Source: Acetobacteraceae bacterium
Lineage (GTDB): Bacteria > Pseudomonadota > Alphaproteobacteria > Acetobacterales > Acetobacteraceae
Length of the DNA: 64,000 bases
Direction: 5' to 3'
Assembly: GCA_947371015.1 (NCBI GenBank)
Contig: CANBNK010000012.1
Coordinates: 989-64,988, forward strand
Below the pieces are notes generated by a model. The model worked only from the letters and a program-made list of their open reading frames with translations. It ran no database searches and was not told the origin of the DNA. The position numbers and the translations under genes were made by a program. Shown here in pieces: positions 9,368-19,238 of the stretch (position 1 is its first letter; each line of letters starts with the position of its first letter).

Positions 9368-10858
9368 AAACGCCCGCGCCAACCCAAAGCAGCGCTCCCG
9401 CGCAGCGTCGATGCGCTGCGCGACCGCCGCCACCGCCGCGGCATCCCGCGCCAATGCCGCGCGGCGCGAAGCCAGCATCGCCGGCAAGGTGGCGGGGCCA
9501 CCCAGCACCGTGCGCGCCGCGATATTCGCCGCGGGGTCCAGCGCCTGCGCCACCGCCGCCTCGCTCACGCCCAGTGGCTTGCCGAACAGCGTCACCGCCG
9601 CCGCATCCACATCCGCGCTGCGCAACCTATCGCTGGTCATGCCCGCCGCCAGCGCATCCCGCACCACCAGCGCCACCACGTTATGCGCCATGCGGAAGCT
9701 CATGCCGGTCTCTCGCACGATCACATCCGCCAACTCCGTCGCGCTGCCGAACCCCTGCGCTGCCGCGCTGGCCATGCGCGGCGCATTCAGCGTCAGGTGG
9801 GCGAACACCTCCTCCAGCAGCGCCAGTATCCGCCGCGTCCGCAAACACGCATCCAGCACCGGCTCGTTCACCGATGTCACGGCGTCGTTCACATCGGCGA
9901 ACTCGGTGTTCTTCGTCGCCGCCAGCGCCGCCACCAGCGCGCCCTGCACCGCACCGGCCGCGGCCTTCAGGTGCTCCAGCGCCACCGGGTTCTTCTTCTG
10001 CGGCATGATGGATGACACCGCGGAATGCCGGTCCGCCAACTCGACGAAGCCGTATTCCCAGGTGGACCAGTTCTGCAGGTTGGTCGCCAGGCGCGAGAGG
10101 AATGCCATCAGCACCGCCATCGCGCTTGCCGCCTCCAGCGCATCATCGCGGGAGGACACCGCGTCATACGCACTCTCCAACGGCGCCGCGAAGCCGAGCA
10201 ACTCCGTCGTGATCATCCGGTCCAGCGGAAACGCCGTGGTCGTCAGCGCCCCAGCGCCCAGCGGATTGGCGTCCGCATGCGCCAGCGCGCCCATCAGCCG
10301 CACATGGTCGCGCGCCAGCACATCCGCCGCACTCAGCAGCCAGTAGCCAAACGTCACGGGCTGCGCGTGCTGCGTATGCGTATAGCCCGGCATCACCACC
10401 TCGGCGTCGCGCTCCGCCAGCCGCAGCAAGGTCCCGCGCAACGCGGCCAACAACTCCAGCACCTCCAGCAACTGCCCGCGCAGCGCCATCCGCCAGGTTG
10501 TCACGTTCAGGTCGTTCCTGCTGCGCCCGGTATGCAGCCGCCCGCCGACATCGGCCCCCAGCGCCTGCACCAGCGCCTTCTCGACGTAGCTGTAGAGATC
10601 CTCCTGCCGGTAATCCACGGCCACCGCATCCGGCCCCGCCTCGGCCAGCCGCAGCACCTCGCGCAGGATCGCGCGCATCGCATCGTGAGCGACAATCCCC
10701 TGCCGCTCCAGCATCAGCCCATGCGCCAGGTGCACCCACATCTCCGGCGCGAAGATATGCTGCTGCGCCCGCGCGACGGAGCCACGATAGTAGCTCTCCA
10801 CCAGCAGCGCGGAGGGCGGTTCCTTGACCCGCTCGCGCAGGCTCACATCCTCGGTCAT
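9365..10858 (-). CDS. argininosuccinate lyase-family (fumarate lyase superfamily) protein
   Basis: 497 aa. Contains TGRSRNDL, MPGYTHTQHAQP and the signature SSIMPQKKNP. Confidence 0.85.
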   Translation of the reverse strand: MTEDVSLRERVKEPPSALLVESYYRGSVARAQQHIFAPEMWVHLAHGLMLERQGIVAHDAMRAILREVLRLAEAGPDAVAVDYRQEDLYSYVEKALVQALGADVGGRLHTGRSRNDLNVTTWRMALRGQLLEVLELLAALRGTLLRLAERDAEVVMPGYTHTQHAQPVTFGYWLLSAADVLARDHVRLMGALAHADANPLGAGALTTTAFPLDRMITTELLGFAAPLESAYDAVSSRDDALEAASAMAVLMAFLSRLATNLQNWSTWEYGFVELADRHSAVSSIMPQKKNPVALEHLKAAAGAVQGALVAALAATKNTEFADVNDAVTSVNEPVLDACLRTRRILALLEEVFAHLTLNAPRMASAAAQGFGSATELADVIVRETGMSFRMAHNVVALVVRDALAAGMTSDRLRSADVDAAAVTLFGKPLGVSEAAVAQALDPAANIAARTVLGGPATLPAMLASRRAALARDAAAVAAVAQRIDAARERCFGLARAF

Positions 10859-10862
10859 CGGC

Positions 10863-11822
10863 TCAATCCAGGGTAATGCGTGCGTCGCGGATCAGCTTGG
10901 CATTCGCCTCGCGGTCGCGCGCGAGGAAGGCAGCAAATTCCGCCGGCGTGGTTCCCAGCCCGATCGCGCCCAGCGCCGCCAGCCGCGCCTGCACCACCTC
11001 CTGCGCCAGCGCATTGACGCAGGCCGCATGCAGCCGCGCCACCGCTTCCGCCGGCAGCCCGGCCGGCCCCCACAGCCCGTTCCACTCATTCTGGTCGTAG
11101 CCCGGGAAACCCTGCTCGGCCACGGTCGGCAACTCCGGGAGCGCGCTGATGCGACGCGCCGAGGAAGCCGCCAGCGCCCGCACCCGCCCCTCCCGCACCA
11201 GGCCGGTCGCGGAGGCCACGGTGGCAAACACGCAGTCCAGGTCGCCCGACAGCAGGCTCTGCAACGCCGGCCCGCCGCCGCGATACGGCACATGCGTCAT
11301 CTCGACCCCCGCGCGATTCACCAGCACCGCCGCGGCGATATGCGGCGCGCTGGCATTGCCGGAGGAACCATAGGTGATCTTCCCCGGCGTTGCCTTCGCC
11401 GCCGCCAGCAGTTGCGGCAGGCTGGTGTAGGGGCTGTTCGGCGGCACGATCAGGATCTGCGGTATCAGCATCACATGGCTGATCGGCGTGAAGCCCGTGG
11501 TGTAGTCGAAGTTCAGCCCGCGGATGAGGAACGGCGCCACGGTATGGCCCGACGCATCCAGCAGCAGCGTCGTGCCATCCGGCGCTGCCCGCGCCACTTC
11601 GCCGGCGCCGATGGTGCTGCCGGCGCCGGGCCGGTTCTCCACCACCACGTTCTGCCCGAGGAAGGCGGTGAAGGCCGGCGCGAACATGCGCGCCGTGGTA
11701 TCCGCGCCACCACCCGGCGGATACGGCACCACCATCCGCACGCCACGCGGCGGCGCCCATTGCGCCCGCGCTGCGAACGGCAGCAGCGCGCTCGCCGCCA
11801 CCAAGGCCCTGCGCCGCATCAT
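10863..11822 (-). CDS. Bug/TctC-family substrate-binding protein
   Basis: Signal peptide plus VRMVVPYPPGGGADTTARM. The start overlaps the stop of the upstream Bug gene (ATGA). Confidence 0.9.
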   Translation of the reverse strand: MMRRRALVAASALLPFAARAQWAPPRGVRMVVPYPPGGGADTTARMFAPAFTAFLGQNVVVENRPGAGSTIGAGEVARAAPDGTTLLLDASGHTVAPFLIRGLNFDYTTGFTPISHVMLIPQILIVPPNSPYTSLPQLLAAAKATPGKITYGSSGNASAPHIAAAVLVNRAGVEMTHVPYRGGGPALQSLLSGDLDCVFATVASATGLVREGRVRALAASSARRISALPELPTVAEQGFPGYDQNEWNGLWGPAGLPAEAVARLHAACVNALAQEVVQARLAALGAIGLGTTPAEFAAFLARDREANAKLIRDARITLD

Positions 11823-12787
11823 TGGGGCTCCACCCCCGCCGCCCGCGCCAGCTTGGCGAAACTCTCCACCTCGCTACGGATGAAGCGCTGGAACGTATCG
11901 GCCTCGCTGCCCACCGGCCGCAGCCCCAGCCCTAGGAAGCGCTGGGATACGTCATCCGACTTCGCCGCTTCCTGCGCCGCGCGGGACAGCTTCTGCACCA
12001 CATCCTCCGGCGTGTTCTTCGGCGCCAGCAGGCCCCACCAGGTGGTCACCTTGTAGCCCGGCAGGCCGCTCGCGCTCAGCGTCGGCACGCCGGGCAGGGC
12101 GGGGCTGGGCACGTCATCCGTCACCGCCAGCGCCACCAGGCGCCCGCCCTCGATATGCGTCTTGCTCGCGGCAATGGACATGAAGCCGCACTCGACGGTC
12201 CCGCTGATGATCGCAGTGATCGCGTCCGAATCGCCCTGGTACGGCACATGCTCCAGCCGCGTGCCGGTCATCTGCTGGAACAGCACGCCCGCCAGGTGCA
12301 GCGGCGCACCAACGCCCGACGACGAGAAGTTCAGCTTGCCCGGCTGCGCCTTGGCCAGCGCGATGAAGTCGGCCACGCTGCGCGCCTGCACGCTGGGATG
12401 CACCACCAGCACATAGCCCGACGCCGCCGCCTGGCTGATGGCGCGGAAGTCGCCGACGATGTCGTAGGGCAGGGTCTTGTACAGCGCCGGCGCCAGCGCA
12501 TGCGCGCCGCCGCACATGAACAGCGTGTAGCCATCCGCCGCCGCCCGCGCCGCGACGCTGCCGACCAGCGTGCCGCCGGCGCCGGCGCGGTTTTCCACCA
12601 CGAAGGGCTGGCCGAACGCCGCGCCCAGCTTGGCGCCGATGCTGCGGGCGATGATGTCGTTGGCGCCACCGGGCGGATAGCCCACCAGCACCGTCACGCT
12701 GCGCGCGGGATACACCGCTTGCGCACGCGCCACCGCCGGCGCCGCCAGCAGCCCTGCCAATACGCGGCGCCCAAAAGCCGTGCCCAT
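11819..12787 (-). CDS. Bug/TctC-family substrate-binding protein
   Basis: Internal ATG at 12787 gives MGTAFGRRVLAGLLAAPAVARAQ followed by VTVLVGYPPGGANDIIARS. The 94-aa N-terminal extension in the track has no coding character. Confidence 0.85.
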   Translation of the reverse strand: MGTAFGRRVLAGLLAAPAVARAQAVYPARSVTVLVGYPPGGANDIIARSIGAKLGAAFGQPFVVENRAGAGGTLVGSVAARAAADGYTLFMCGGAHALAPALYKTLPYDIVGDFRAISQAAASGYVLVVHPSVQARSVADFIALAKAQPGKLNFSSSGVGAPLHLAGVLFQQMTGTRLEHVPYQGDSDAITAIISGTVECGFMSIAASKTHIEGGRLVALAVTDDVPSPALPGVPTLSASGLPGYKVTTWWGLLAPKNTPEDVVQKLSRAAQEAAKSDDVSQRFLGLGLRPVGSEADTFQRFIRSEVESFAKLARAAGVEPQ

Positions 12788-12865
12788 GCCGAACTCCCCA
12801 AGCTTCGCACCCACCCTAGCAGCCCGCCGCTTGTTGCGCCCAGCCTTCCCGCATAGCCTTCCGCC

Positions 12866-13909
12866 ATGGAAGCACCCGTCATCATCATGGGCGCCGGCGC
12901 CATCGGCGGTTTCGTCGGCGGTCGCATGGCCCTGGCCGGCCAGAACGTCATCCTGCTGGACCCCTGGGCCGAGCATGTCGAAGCCATCCGCCGCGACGGC
13001 CTGCGCATCGAAACGCCGGAAGGCATCGCGGTGGCCCACCCGCGCGCGCTGCACCTGCATGAACTGCACCTGCTGCGCCGCCGCGACGAAGCGCTGCCCT
13101 GCCTCGGCATCCTCGCAGCCAAGCTCTACGATACCGCCTGGGCCGCGCAGCTGCTGAACGGCCTGCTGCCATCAGGCGCGCCGGTGCTGACGTTGCAGAA
13201 CGCGCTGGTCGAGGAACTCGTCGGCAGCATCTGCGGCCCGCAGCGCGTGCTCGGCGGCGTCGCCGGCCAGATGGACGTGCAGCTCCTCGCCCCCGGCCAT
13301 GTCAAGCGCAGCCGCCGCACCGGCGCCGCGCCGGAACCCGTGTTGAAGGTTGGAGAGACCACCGGCCGCGCCACGCCGCGCGCGGAAGCCATCGCCGCCC
13401 GGCTGCGCGCCGCGGAAACCTGCGTCGTCACCACCACGCTGTGGGAGGAACGCTGGACCAAGATGTGCATGAACACCGCCACCACCGGCCTGTCGGCGCT
13501 CGGCGGAATCTCCCTGAAGCAGGTGCTGGCCGGCCCATCGCTGCGCCCCGTCTTCCTGCGCCTTTGCGCGGAGGCACTGGCGGTCGGCTCCGCCATGGGC
13601 TTCACCCCGGCAAAACTCTACGGCGTCCCCGCCGCCCTGTTCCCTGCCGCCCACGCCGGCGACACGGCGGCGCAGGCCACCATCGCCGAAGCGCTGAAGC
13701 GCCAGACCGACAGCATGGCCGAGGACGGCATCAGCGGCACCCTGCAGGACCTGCGCAAGGGCCGCCGCACGGAGGTGGATTTCTTCAACGGCTTCATCGC
13801 CGAGCGCGGCGCCGCGCTCGGCATCCCGGCCCCGACCCACGCCGCAATCGCCACCCGCATCCGCGCGGTGGAAGCCGGCGCCAACTCCCCCGGCCTGGCC
13901 GGGCTGTAG
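12866..13909 (+). CDS. 2-dehydropantoate 2-reductase (PanE/ApbA-family ketopantoate reductase)
   Basis: N-terminal Rossmann motif IIMGAGAIGG, with ApbA and ApbA_C-like regions (EERWTKMCMNTATTGLSAL, EVDFFNGFI). Confidence 0.8.
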   Translation: MEAPVIIMGAGAIGGFVGGRMALAGQNVILLDPWAEHVEAIRRDGLRIETPEGIAVAHPRALHLHELHLLRRRDEALPCLGILAAKLYDTAWAAQLLNGLLPSGAPVLTLQNALVEELVGSICGPQRVLGGVAGQMDVQLLAPGHVKRSRRTGAAPEPVLKVGETTGRATPRAEAIAARLRAAETCVVTTTLWEERWTKMCMNTATTGLSALGGISLKQVLAGPSLRPVFLRLCAEALAVGSAMGFTPAKLYGVPAALFPAAHAGDTAAQATIAEALKRQTDSMAEDGISGTLQDLRKGRRTEVDFFNGFIAERGAALGIPAPTHAAIATRIRAVEAGANSPGLAGL

Positions 13910-13930
13910 GCCGGGCGGCCTACGCAAAGC

Positions 13931-13978
13931 CTACTGCCGCGCGGCTTACGCCAACGCTACTACCGCGCGGCTTACGCC
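13931..13978. repeat. 22-bp direct repeat (two copies, 26-bp period)
   Basis: CTACTGCCGCGCGGCTTACGCC (13931-13952) and CTACTACCGCGCGGCTTACGCC (13957-13978). The second copy contains the TAA stop (13972-13974, minus strand) of the hydrolase gene. Confidence 0.5.
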
Positions 13979-14829
13979 GCGACCCGCCGCCGCAGCATCT
14001 CCAGCAGCATGGCGTTGAACGCCTCGGGCGCCTCATACGCCACCCAATGCCCAGCGCCGGGGATCACGCCCGTCCACGCCTCCGGCTGCACCTCACGCAG
14101 CGCGACGAAGCGCTTCTCCATCTCCGGCCAGGCAATCGCGTCGCGCTCGCCATAAATCAGCGCCACCGGCGCCTGCGCCGAGCCAATAGCGTCCTTCAAA
14201 CTCGTGCTGCTGGCGAACCCCCGGCTGCGGAAGCGGCTGTTCACCGTGTTGTATTCCTGGATCACCAGCGCCAGGTCGTCGATAGCAGCGTCATCCGCCA
14301 CCATCAGCGTCCGCAGGTTGTGCTTGTGCGCGGCAATCCGCGCCTCGCCCTGCTTGTCGCGGATCTTCATCAGGTCGGTGCGCGGCCGGTTCAGCCCCAG
14401 CGCGCCGGCGCCCACCAGCGTCACGCTGCGCAGCTCATCCCGCGCCTGGCTCGCCACGTGCCCCGCCAGCAGCGCGCCAAACGAGAACCCGGCCAGGTCA
14501 TACCGCGTGTCCTCGCCCAGCACCTTGGCGATGCCCTGCCGCACAATCGCCCCCACCGGCGCCGGGCTGTCCACCGGCGGCGGCATGTGGCTCTCGCCCA
14601 GCCCCGGCAGGTCGGGCACGATCACATGCCGATGCTTCGCCAGCGCCTCGATGTTCTTCGCCCAGTGCCGCCAGGACCCGCTGCCGCCATGCAGCAGCAC
14701 CAGCGGCTCACCCTCACCCCACTCGCGCCAGGCCATGGTGCCCTCGCCGCAGGGCGTTTCGCTGCGCTTGGCGCTGGCATCCAGCCGTTCCAGAAAGGCT
14801 TCGGGCGTTTCGGTCATCATCAGTGTCAT
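13972..14829 (-). CDS. alpha/beta-fold hydrolase
   Basis: LVLLHGGSGSWRHW, nucleophile elbow GFSFG and C-terminal GAGHWV. The start is uncertain: ATGs at 14829, 14820 and 14817. Confidence 0.8.
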   Translation of the reverse strand: MTLMMTETPEAFLERLDASAKRSETPCGEGTMAWREWGEGEPLVLLHGGSGSWRHWAKNIEALAKHRHVIVPDLPGLGESHMPPPVDSPAPVGAIVRQGIAKVLGEDTRYDLAGFSFGALLAGHVASQARDELRSVTLVGAGALGLNRPRTDLMKIRDKQGEARIAAHKHNLRTLMVADDAAIDDLALVIQEYNTVNSRFRSRGFASSTSLKDAIGSAQAPVALIYGERDAIAWPEMEKRFVALREVQPEAWTGVIPGAGHWVAYEAPEAFNAMLLEMLRRRVAA

Positions 14830-14920
14830 CCGTTTCCCAGAGCCTGATCGTCCGAGGCGGGATCGCCGAAGGGCGTGAATCAGTCTCTCCAACAACCAAG
14901 CTGGACCGAGAGCACTGCCG

Positions 14921-15463
14921 TCAGCAGCGATCCTGGGCCAGCGGATATTCTATCGCCAGAAGCTCCACTTCCTCCACCCCCTGGGGCATCCGCACCTTCA
15001 CCACATCCCCCACGCGCTTGCCCAACAAGGCCCGCGCCACCGGGGAGACCCAGGAAATCCGCCGCAGCGCGCCATCGGTCTCATCCACGCCCACAATGGT
15101 CACCGTCTGCTCGGAATCATCCTCCCTGGCATAGGTGACAGTGGCGCCGAAGAACACCTGCTCCCGCCGGGTCTGAAGCGCGGGGTCCACCACCTGCACC
15201 TTCTCCAGGCGCTTCCGTAGAAACCGCACCCGCCGGTCGATCTCCCGCAGCCTTCGCTTGCCGTACTGGTAGTCGGCGTTCTCGCTGCGGTCGCCCTGCG
15301 CCGCGGCCCAGCTGACAATCGCCACCACCTTGGTGCGTTCGTCGTACCACAGCGCCCGCAGCTCCTCGGCCAGCGCCGCCTGGCCGGCCGGGGTCATGTA
15401 GAACGGCGTGCCCGCCGGCAGCCCCGGCGGGCCGGCCTCGTCCTCGTCGTCATCATCGCTCAT
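14921..15463 (-). CDS. greB: transcription elongation factor GreB
   Basis: The C-terminal 180 aa of the 419-aa track ORF. An acidic tail (MSDDDDEDE) is followed by GDRSENADYQYGKRRLREIDRRVRFL and the Gre C-terminal domain (VSWVSPVARALLGKRVGD). Confidence 0.85.
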   Translation of the reverse strand: MSDDDDEDEAGPPGLPAGTPFYMTPAGQAALAEELRALWYDERTKVVAIVSWAAAQGDRSENADYQYGKRRLREIDRRVRFLRKRLEKVQVVDPALQTRREQVFFGATVTYAREDDSEQTVTIVGVDETDGALRRISWVSPVARALLGKRVGDVVKVRMPQGVEEVELLAIEYPLAQDRC

Positions 15464-15538
15464 CCCCCCCAACTGCCCCGCCCGGCCGTTGCGGGCAAGC
15501 GCCGGAAGCGCGAAACTCCCCCCACAAGAGGAACCGCC

Positions 15539-16159
15539 ATGGCCGACCTGATTCTCTACTGGTCCACCCGCTCGCCCTTCGTCCGCAAGGTGATGGTGGC
15601 AGCGCATGAACTCGGCGTCGCCGCCCGCATCCGCCAGGTGCCCACCCTGGTGGCCGCCACCGCGCCCAACATGGAACACCTGGCCGTCAATCCGCTGGGC
15701 CGCATCCCCACCATGGTCCTGGCCGACGGCACCGTGCTGTACGAAAGCCAGGCCATCATCGAATACCTGAATGAATACGCCCGCGGCTGGCTGGTGCCGC
15801 CCAACGGCCTGCCGCGCGTGCAGGCGATGCGCTGGCATGGGCTGGGCAACGGCCTGCTGGACGTGCTGGTGGCCTGGAACAGCGAACGCAACCGCAGCTT
15901 CTCTCACCAGGTCGCCATGGCCGGCTATGAAGCCAAGACCAAGGCGACGCTGGACCTGCTGGAGCGCGAAAGCGGCCGGCTGCGCGGCACCGATTTCAAC
16001 CTGGGCCACATCGCGGTGGGGTGCGCGCTGGGCTACCTGGACTTCCGCTTCCAGCCGCTGCACTGGCGCGAAGGCCGCCCCGGCCTCACCGCCTTCGCCG
16101 CTGAGTTCGATGCCCGGCCCAGCGCCGTGGCCACCAAGCCCTTCGACGACCGCAAGTAG
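15539..16159 (+). CDS. glutathione S-transferase
   Basis: 206 aa. Thioredoxin-like N-terminal domain (YWSTRSPFVRKV, NPLGRIPTMV, ESQAIIEYL) followed by a helical C-terminal domain. Confidence 0.85.
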   Translation: MADLILYWSTRSPFVRKVMVAAHELGVAARIRQVPTLVAATAPNMEHLAVNPLGRIPTMVLADGTVLYESQAIIEYLNEYARGWLVPPNGLPRVQAMRWHGLGNGLLDVLVAWNSERNRSFSHQVAMAGYEAKTKATLDLLERESGRLRGTDFNLGHIAVGCALGYLDFRFQPLHWREGRPGLTAFAAEFDARPSAVATKPFDDRK

Positions 16160-16169
16160 GAAGCCGCCC

Positions 16170-17159
16170 ATGCGCCCCACCCGTCGCGCTGCAATCGCGC
16201 TCTCCGCGCGTGCCGCCCTCGCGCTGCCCGCCCTGCTGCCCGGTCTGGCCCGGGCGCAGACGTGGCCGGATCAGTCCATCCGCCTGATCGTGCCCTTCCC
16301 ACCGGGCGGCCCGGCCGATTTCATCGCCCGCGTCATCGCCCAGGGCATCGGCGACAAGCTCGGCCAGCAGATCGTCATCGAGGCCCGCTCCGGCGCCGGC
16401 GGCCTGGTCGGCACCGAGTTCGTCGCCAAGTCGCGGCCGGATGGCCTGACCCTGATCCACGCCAGCAGCGGCGCGCTGACCATCATGCCGCAGCTGATGC
16501 CGCGCATGGCCTTCGACCCGCAGAAGGATTTGGCGCCCATCGGCCAGATCCTGGCAGTGCCGCAGATCGTCGCCGTCGCCAACAGCCTGCCGGTCCACAG
16601 CATCGCGGAACTGATCGCCCTGGCGAAGCGCCAACCCGGCAAGCTCAGCTATGGCAGCTCCGGCATCGGTGGTTCGCTGCATGTGGCGGGCGAAGTGTTC
16701 TGCCAGGCCGCGGGGGTCGAGATCGTCCACGTCCCCTATCGCGGCGCCGCCCCGGCGGTCACGGAACTCGTCGCCGGCCGCATCCAGGTGCTGCTGGCCG
16801 ACGTTCCCGCCCTGCAGGCCCAGGTGCAGGCCGGCAGCGTCCGCGCCATTGGCATCACCAGCGCGCAGCGCCTGCCGATCCTGCCGACCTTGCCGACCAT
16901 GGTGGAATCCGGCTTGCCCGGCGTGGTGACGGAGACCTGGTACGGCTGGCTCGCCCCGGCGGGCGTGCCGGCGGACCGCCTCGCCATCCTGTCCCGCGCC
17001 TTCCACGCCACCCTGGCCGAGCCGGCAGTGCGGGCGCGGCTGGAGGAACAGGGCGGACGCGTGGTCAACAGCAGCCCCGCCGAATTCGCCCAGCACATCG
17101 CCCGCGAGTTCACCGCCATGGCGGAGGTGGTTCGCCGCGCCGACATGAAGCTGGAATAG
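16170..17159 (+). CDS. Bug/TctC-family substrate-binding protein
   Basis: ATG 16170 gives MRPTRRAAIALSARAALALPALLPGLARAQ followed by IRLIVPFPPGGPADFIARV. Confidence 0.9.
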   Translation: MRPTRRAAIALSARAALALPALLPGLARAQTWPDQSIRLIVPFPPGGPADFIARVIAQGIGDKLGQQIVIEARSGAGGLVGTEFVAKSRPDGLTLIHASSGALTIMPQLMPRMAFDPQKDLAPIGQILAVPQIVAVANSLPVHSIAELIALAKRQPGKLSYGSSGIGGSLHVAGEVFCQAAGVEIVHVPYRGAAPAVTELVAGRIQVLLADVPALQAQVQAGSVRAIGITSAQRLPILPTLPTMVESGLPGVVTETWYGWLAPAGVPADRLAILSRAFHATLAEPAVRARLEEQGGRVVNSSPAEFAQHIAREFTAMAEVVRRADMKLE

Positions 17160-17176
17160 GGCAGGGCGCCTTTTGC

Positions 17177-17203
17177 GTCATGGCCGGGCTTGTCCCGGCC
17201 ATC
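17177..17203. repeat. REP-like hairpin, same family as 9249-9275
   Basis: GTCATGGCCGGGCTTGTCCCGGCCATC matches 9249-9275 at 26 of 27 positions. It lies between convergent genes (Bug stop at 17159, SDR stop at 17232) and is likely also a terminator hairpin. Confidence 0.6.
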
Positions 17204-17231
17204 CACGCCCGTCCGGTCGGCGCCGCGCTGC

Positions 17232-17996
17232 CTACCTGAACCCCATCCGCAGCGCCCCATCCACCCGGATGGTCTCGCCATTCAGATACGGGTTCTCGAC
17301 GATCTGCTGCGCCGTCATCGCGTATTCGTCGGCGTCGCCCAGCCGCGCCGGGTTCGGCACGCTCGCCGCCAGGCTGGCCCGCACATTCTCCGGCAGCCGC
17401 CCCAGCATCGGCGTGTCCATGATCCCCGGCGCAATGGTGCAGACCCGAATGTTGCGGCTGGCCAGGTCCCGCGCCGCGCAAATGGTCAACCCGATGACGC
17501 CCGCCTTGCTCGCGGCATAGGGCGTCTGGCCAATCTGCCCCTCATACCCCGCAATCGAAGCGGTCATGATGCACACGCCCCGCTCGCCCTCCACCGGCTG
17601 GTTCTTCGCCATGGCGGCGGAAGCCAGCCGCACCGCGTTGAAGCTGCCGATGAGGTTGACGTTCACGATATTGGCGAAATGCGCCAGCGGCATCGGCGCG
17701 CCGTCCTTGTCCACCACGCGCTTGCTGCCGCCGATGCCGGCGCAATGCACTAAAATCGCCACGCGCCCCATCGTCTCGGCCTTGGCCACCGCGGCGGCCA
17801 TGCTGTCCTCATCCGTCACATTGGCCGCGGCGAACTGCGTCCCGTGGCCCAGCCCGGCCGCCACCTCGGCGCCATTGCTGCGCTCCAGGTCGATGATCAG
17901 CACGGTCGCGCCGGCGGCAATCAGCCGCTTCGTCGTCGCCAGCCCCAGCCCGGAAGCGCCACCGGTCACGATGGCCACATTGCCCTTGATCTGCAT
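17232..17996 (-). CDS. SDR-family 3-hydroxyacyl-CoA (3-hydroxy-2-methylbutyryl-CoA type) dehydrogenase
   Basis: TGGASGLG cofactor motif and YAASKAG catalytic motif, with overall similarity to HSD17B10/FadB2-type SDRs. Lies directly upstream of a thiolase gene. Confidence 0.85.
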   Translation of the reverse strand: MQIKGNVAIVTGGASGLGLATTKRLIAAGATVLIIDLERSNGAEVAAGLGHGTQFAAANVTDEDSMAAAVAKAETMGRVAILVHCAGIGGSKRVVDKDGAPMPLAHFANIVNVNLIGSFNAVRLASAAMAKNQPVEGERGVCIMTASIAGYEGQIGQTPYAASKAGVIGLTICAARDLASRNIRVCTIAPGIMDTPMLGRLPENVRASLAASVPNPARLGDADEYAMTAQQIVENPYLNGETIRVDGALRMGFR

Positions 17997-18011
17997 GTCT
18001 GCGTCTTCCCC

Positions 18012-19178
18012 TCAGATACGTTCGATGATGGTCGCGTTGGCCATGCCACCGGCCTCGCACATGGTCTGCAAGCCGTAGCGCGCGCCGCTGCGCTCCATGG
18101 CGCCCAGCATGGTGGTCAAAATCCGCGTGCCGCTCGCCCCCAGCGGATGCCCGAGCGCAATGGCGCCACCCACCGGGTTCAGCCGATCGGCGTCGCCGCC
18201 CAACTCCTTCGCCCAGGCCAGCGGCACGGAGGCAAAGGCCTCGTTCACCTCGACATGCTCGATCTGCCCCAGCTGCATCCCCGCCTTGGCCAGCACGCGC
18301 CTGGTCGCGGGGATCGGCGCCGTCAGCATCAGCAGCGGGTCATCGCCAATCACATCAAACGCCACGAACCGCGCCCGCGCGCGCAGCCCCAGCCGCGCCG
18401 CCGCCTGCTCGCTCATGATCAGCACGGCCGAGGCGCCATCGGTGATCTGCGAGGAATTCCCCGCCGTCACCCCCCAGCTGATCTGCGGAAACCGCTCGCC
18501 CAGCGCCGCATCCTGAAACGCCGCGCGCAGCCCGGCCAGGCTCTCCACGGTCGTCTGCGGCCGAATGGTCTCGTCGCGGGACACCACGCCACCCGGCGTC
18601 AGCACCGGCACGATCTCGGCGGAAAAATCGGTCGCCGCCGCACGCTGATGGCTGCGCGCCGCATAGGCGTCCATCTCCGCCCGCCCCAGCCCCCACTTCG
18701 CCGCCACGATCTCCGCCGAAACGCCCTGGTTCACCAGCCCGGGCTGGTAGCGCGCCTTGAAGGTCTTGCCATAGGGGTCCTTGTCGATCCGGCTGCTGCC
18801 CATCGGCACGCGGGACATGCTCTCCACGCCGCCGGCGATGACGATGTCATACGCGCCCGCCATCACGCCCTGCGCGGCGAAATGCACCGCCTGCTGGCTG
18901 CTGCCGCACATCCGCTGGATCGTCGTGCTCGGCACATGGTCAGGGTAGCCCGCCGCCAGCCAACCCAGCCGCCCCGGGTTCATCGACTGCTCGCCCACCT
19001 GGCTCACGCAGCCGATGACGATGTCCTCCACGCTGCCGGGGTCCAGCCGATTGCGCTCGACCAGCGCGGTCAGCACCGCCGCCATCAAATCATTCGGATG
19101 CACGTCCGAGAGCGCCCCGCCGGCCTTGCCCCGCCCCATCGGCGTGCGCACGGCATCCACGATTACCGCATTGGCCAT
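18012..19178 (-). CDS. acetyl-CoA C-acyltransferase (thiolase)
   Basis: ATG 19178 gives MANAVIVDAVRTPMGRGK. Contains the active-site Cys region RMCGSSQQA and the C-terminal GLQTMCEAGGMANA. Confidence 0.9.
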   Translation of the reverse strand: MANAVIVDAVRTPMGRGKAGGALSDVHPNDLMAAVLTALVERNRLDPGSVEDIVIGCVSQVGEQSMNPGRLGWLAAGYPDHVPSTTIQRMCGSSQQAVHFAAQGVMAGAYDIVIAGGVESMSRVPMGSSRIDKDPYGKTFKARYQPGLVNQGVSAEIVAAKWGLGRAEMDAYAARSHQRAAATDFSAEIVPVLTPGGVVSRDETIRPQTTVESLAGLRAAFQDAALGERFPQISWGVTAGNSSQITDGASAVLIMSEQAAARLGLRARARFVAFDVIGDDPLLMLTAPIPATRRVLAKAGMQLGQIEHVEVNEAFASVPLAWAKELGGDADRLNPVGGAIALGHPLGASGTRILTTMLGAMERSGARYGLQTMCEAGGMANATIIERI

Positions 19179-19238
19179 TGGCCGCGTTCCTTCGCTGCTT
19201 GCCGCATCCTTCCCGCCAAACCCGGCACGGGGCAAGGG

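Noticed and set aside
14921-16180. A 419-aa ORF suggesting a large GreB fusion protein.
   Set aside because: Only the C-terminal 180 aa (from ATG 15463) look like GreB. The upstream 239 aa are Gly/Ala/His-rich junk lying antisense to the well-supported GST gene.
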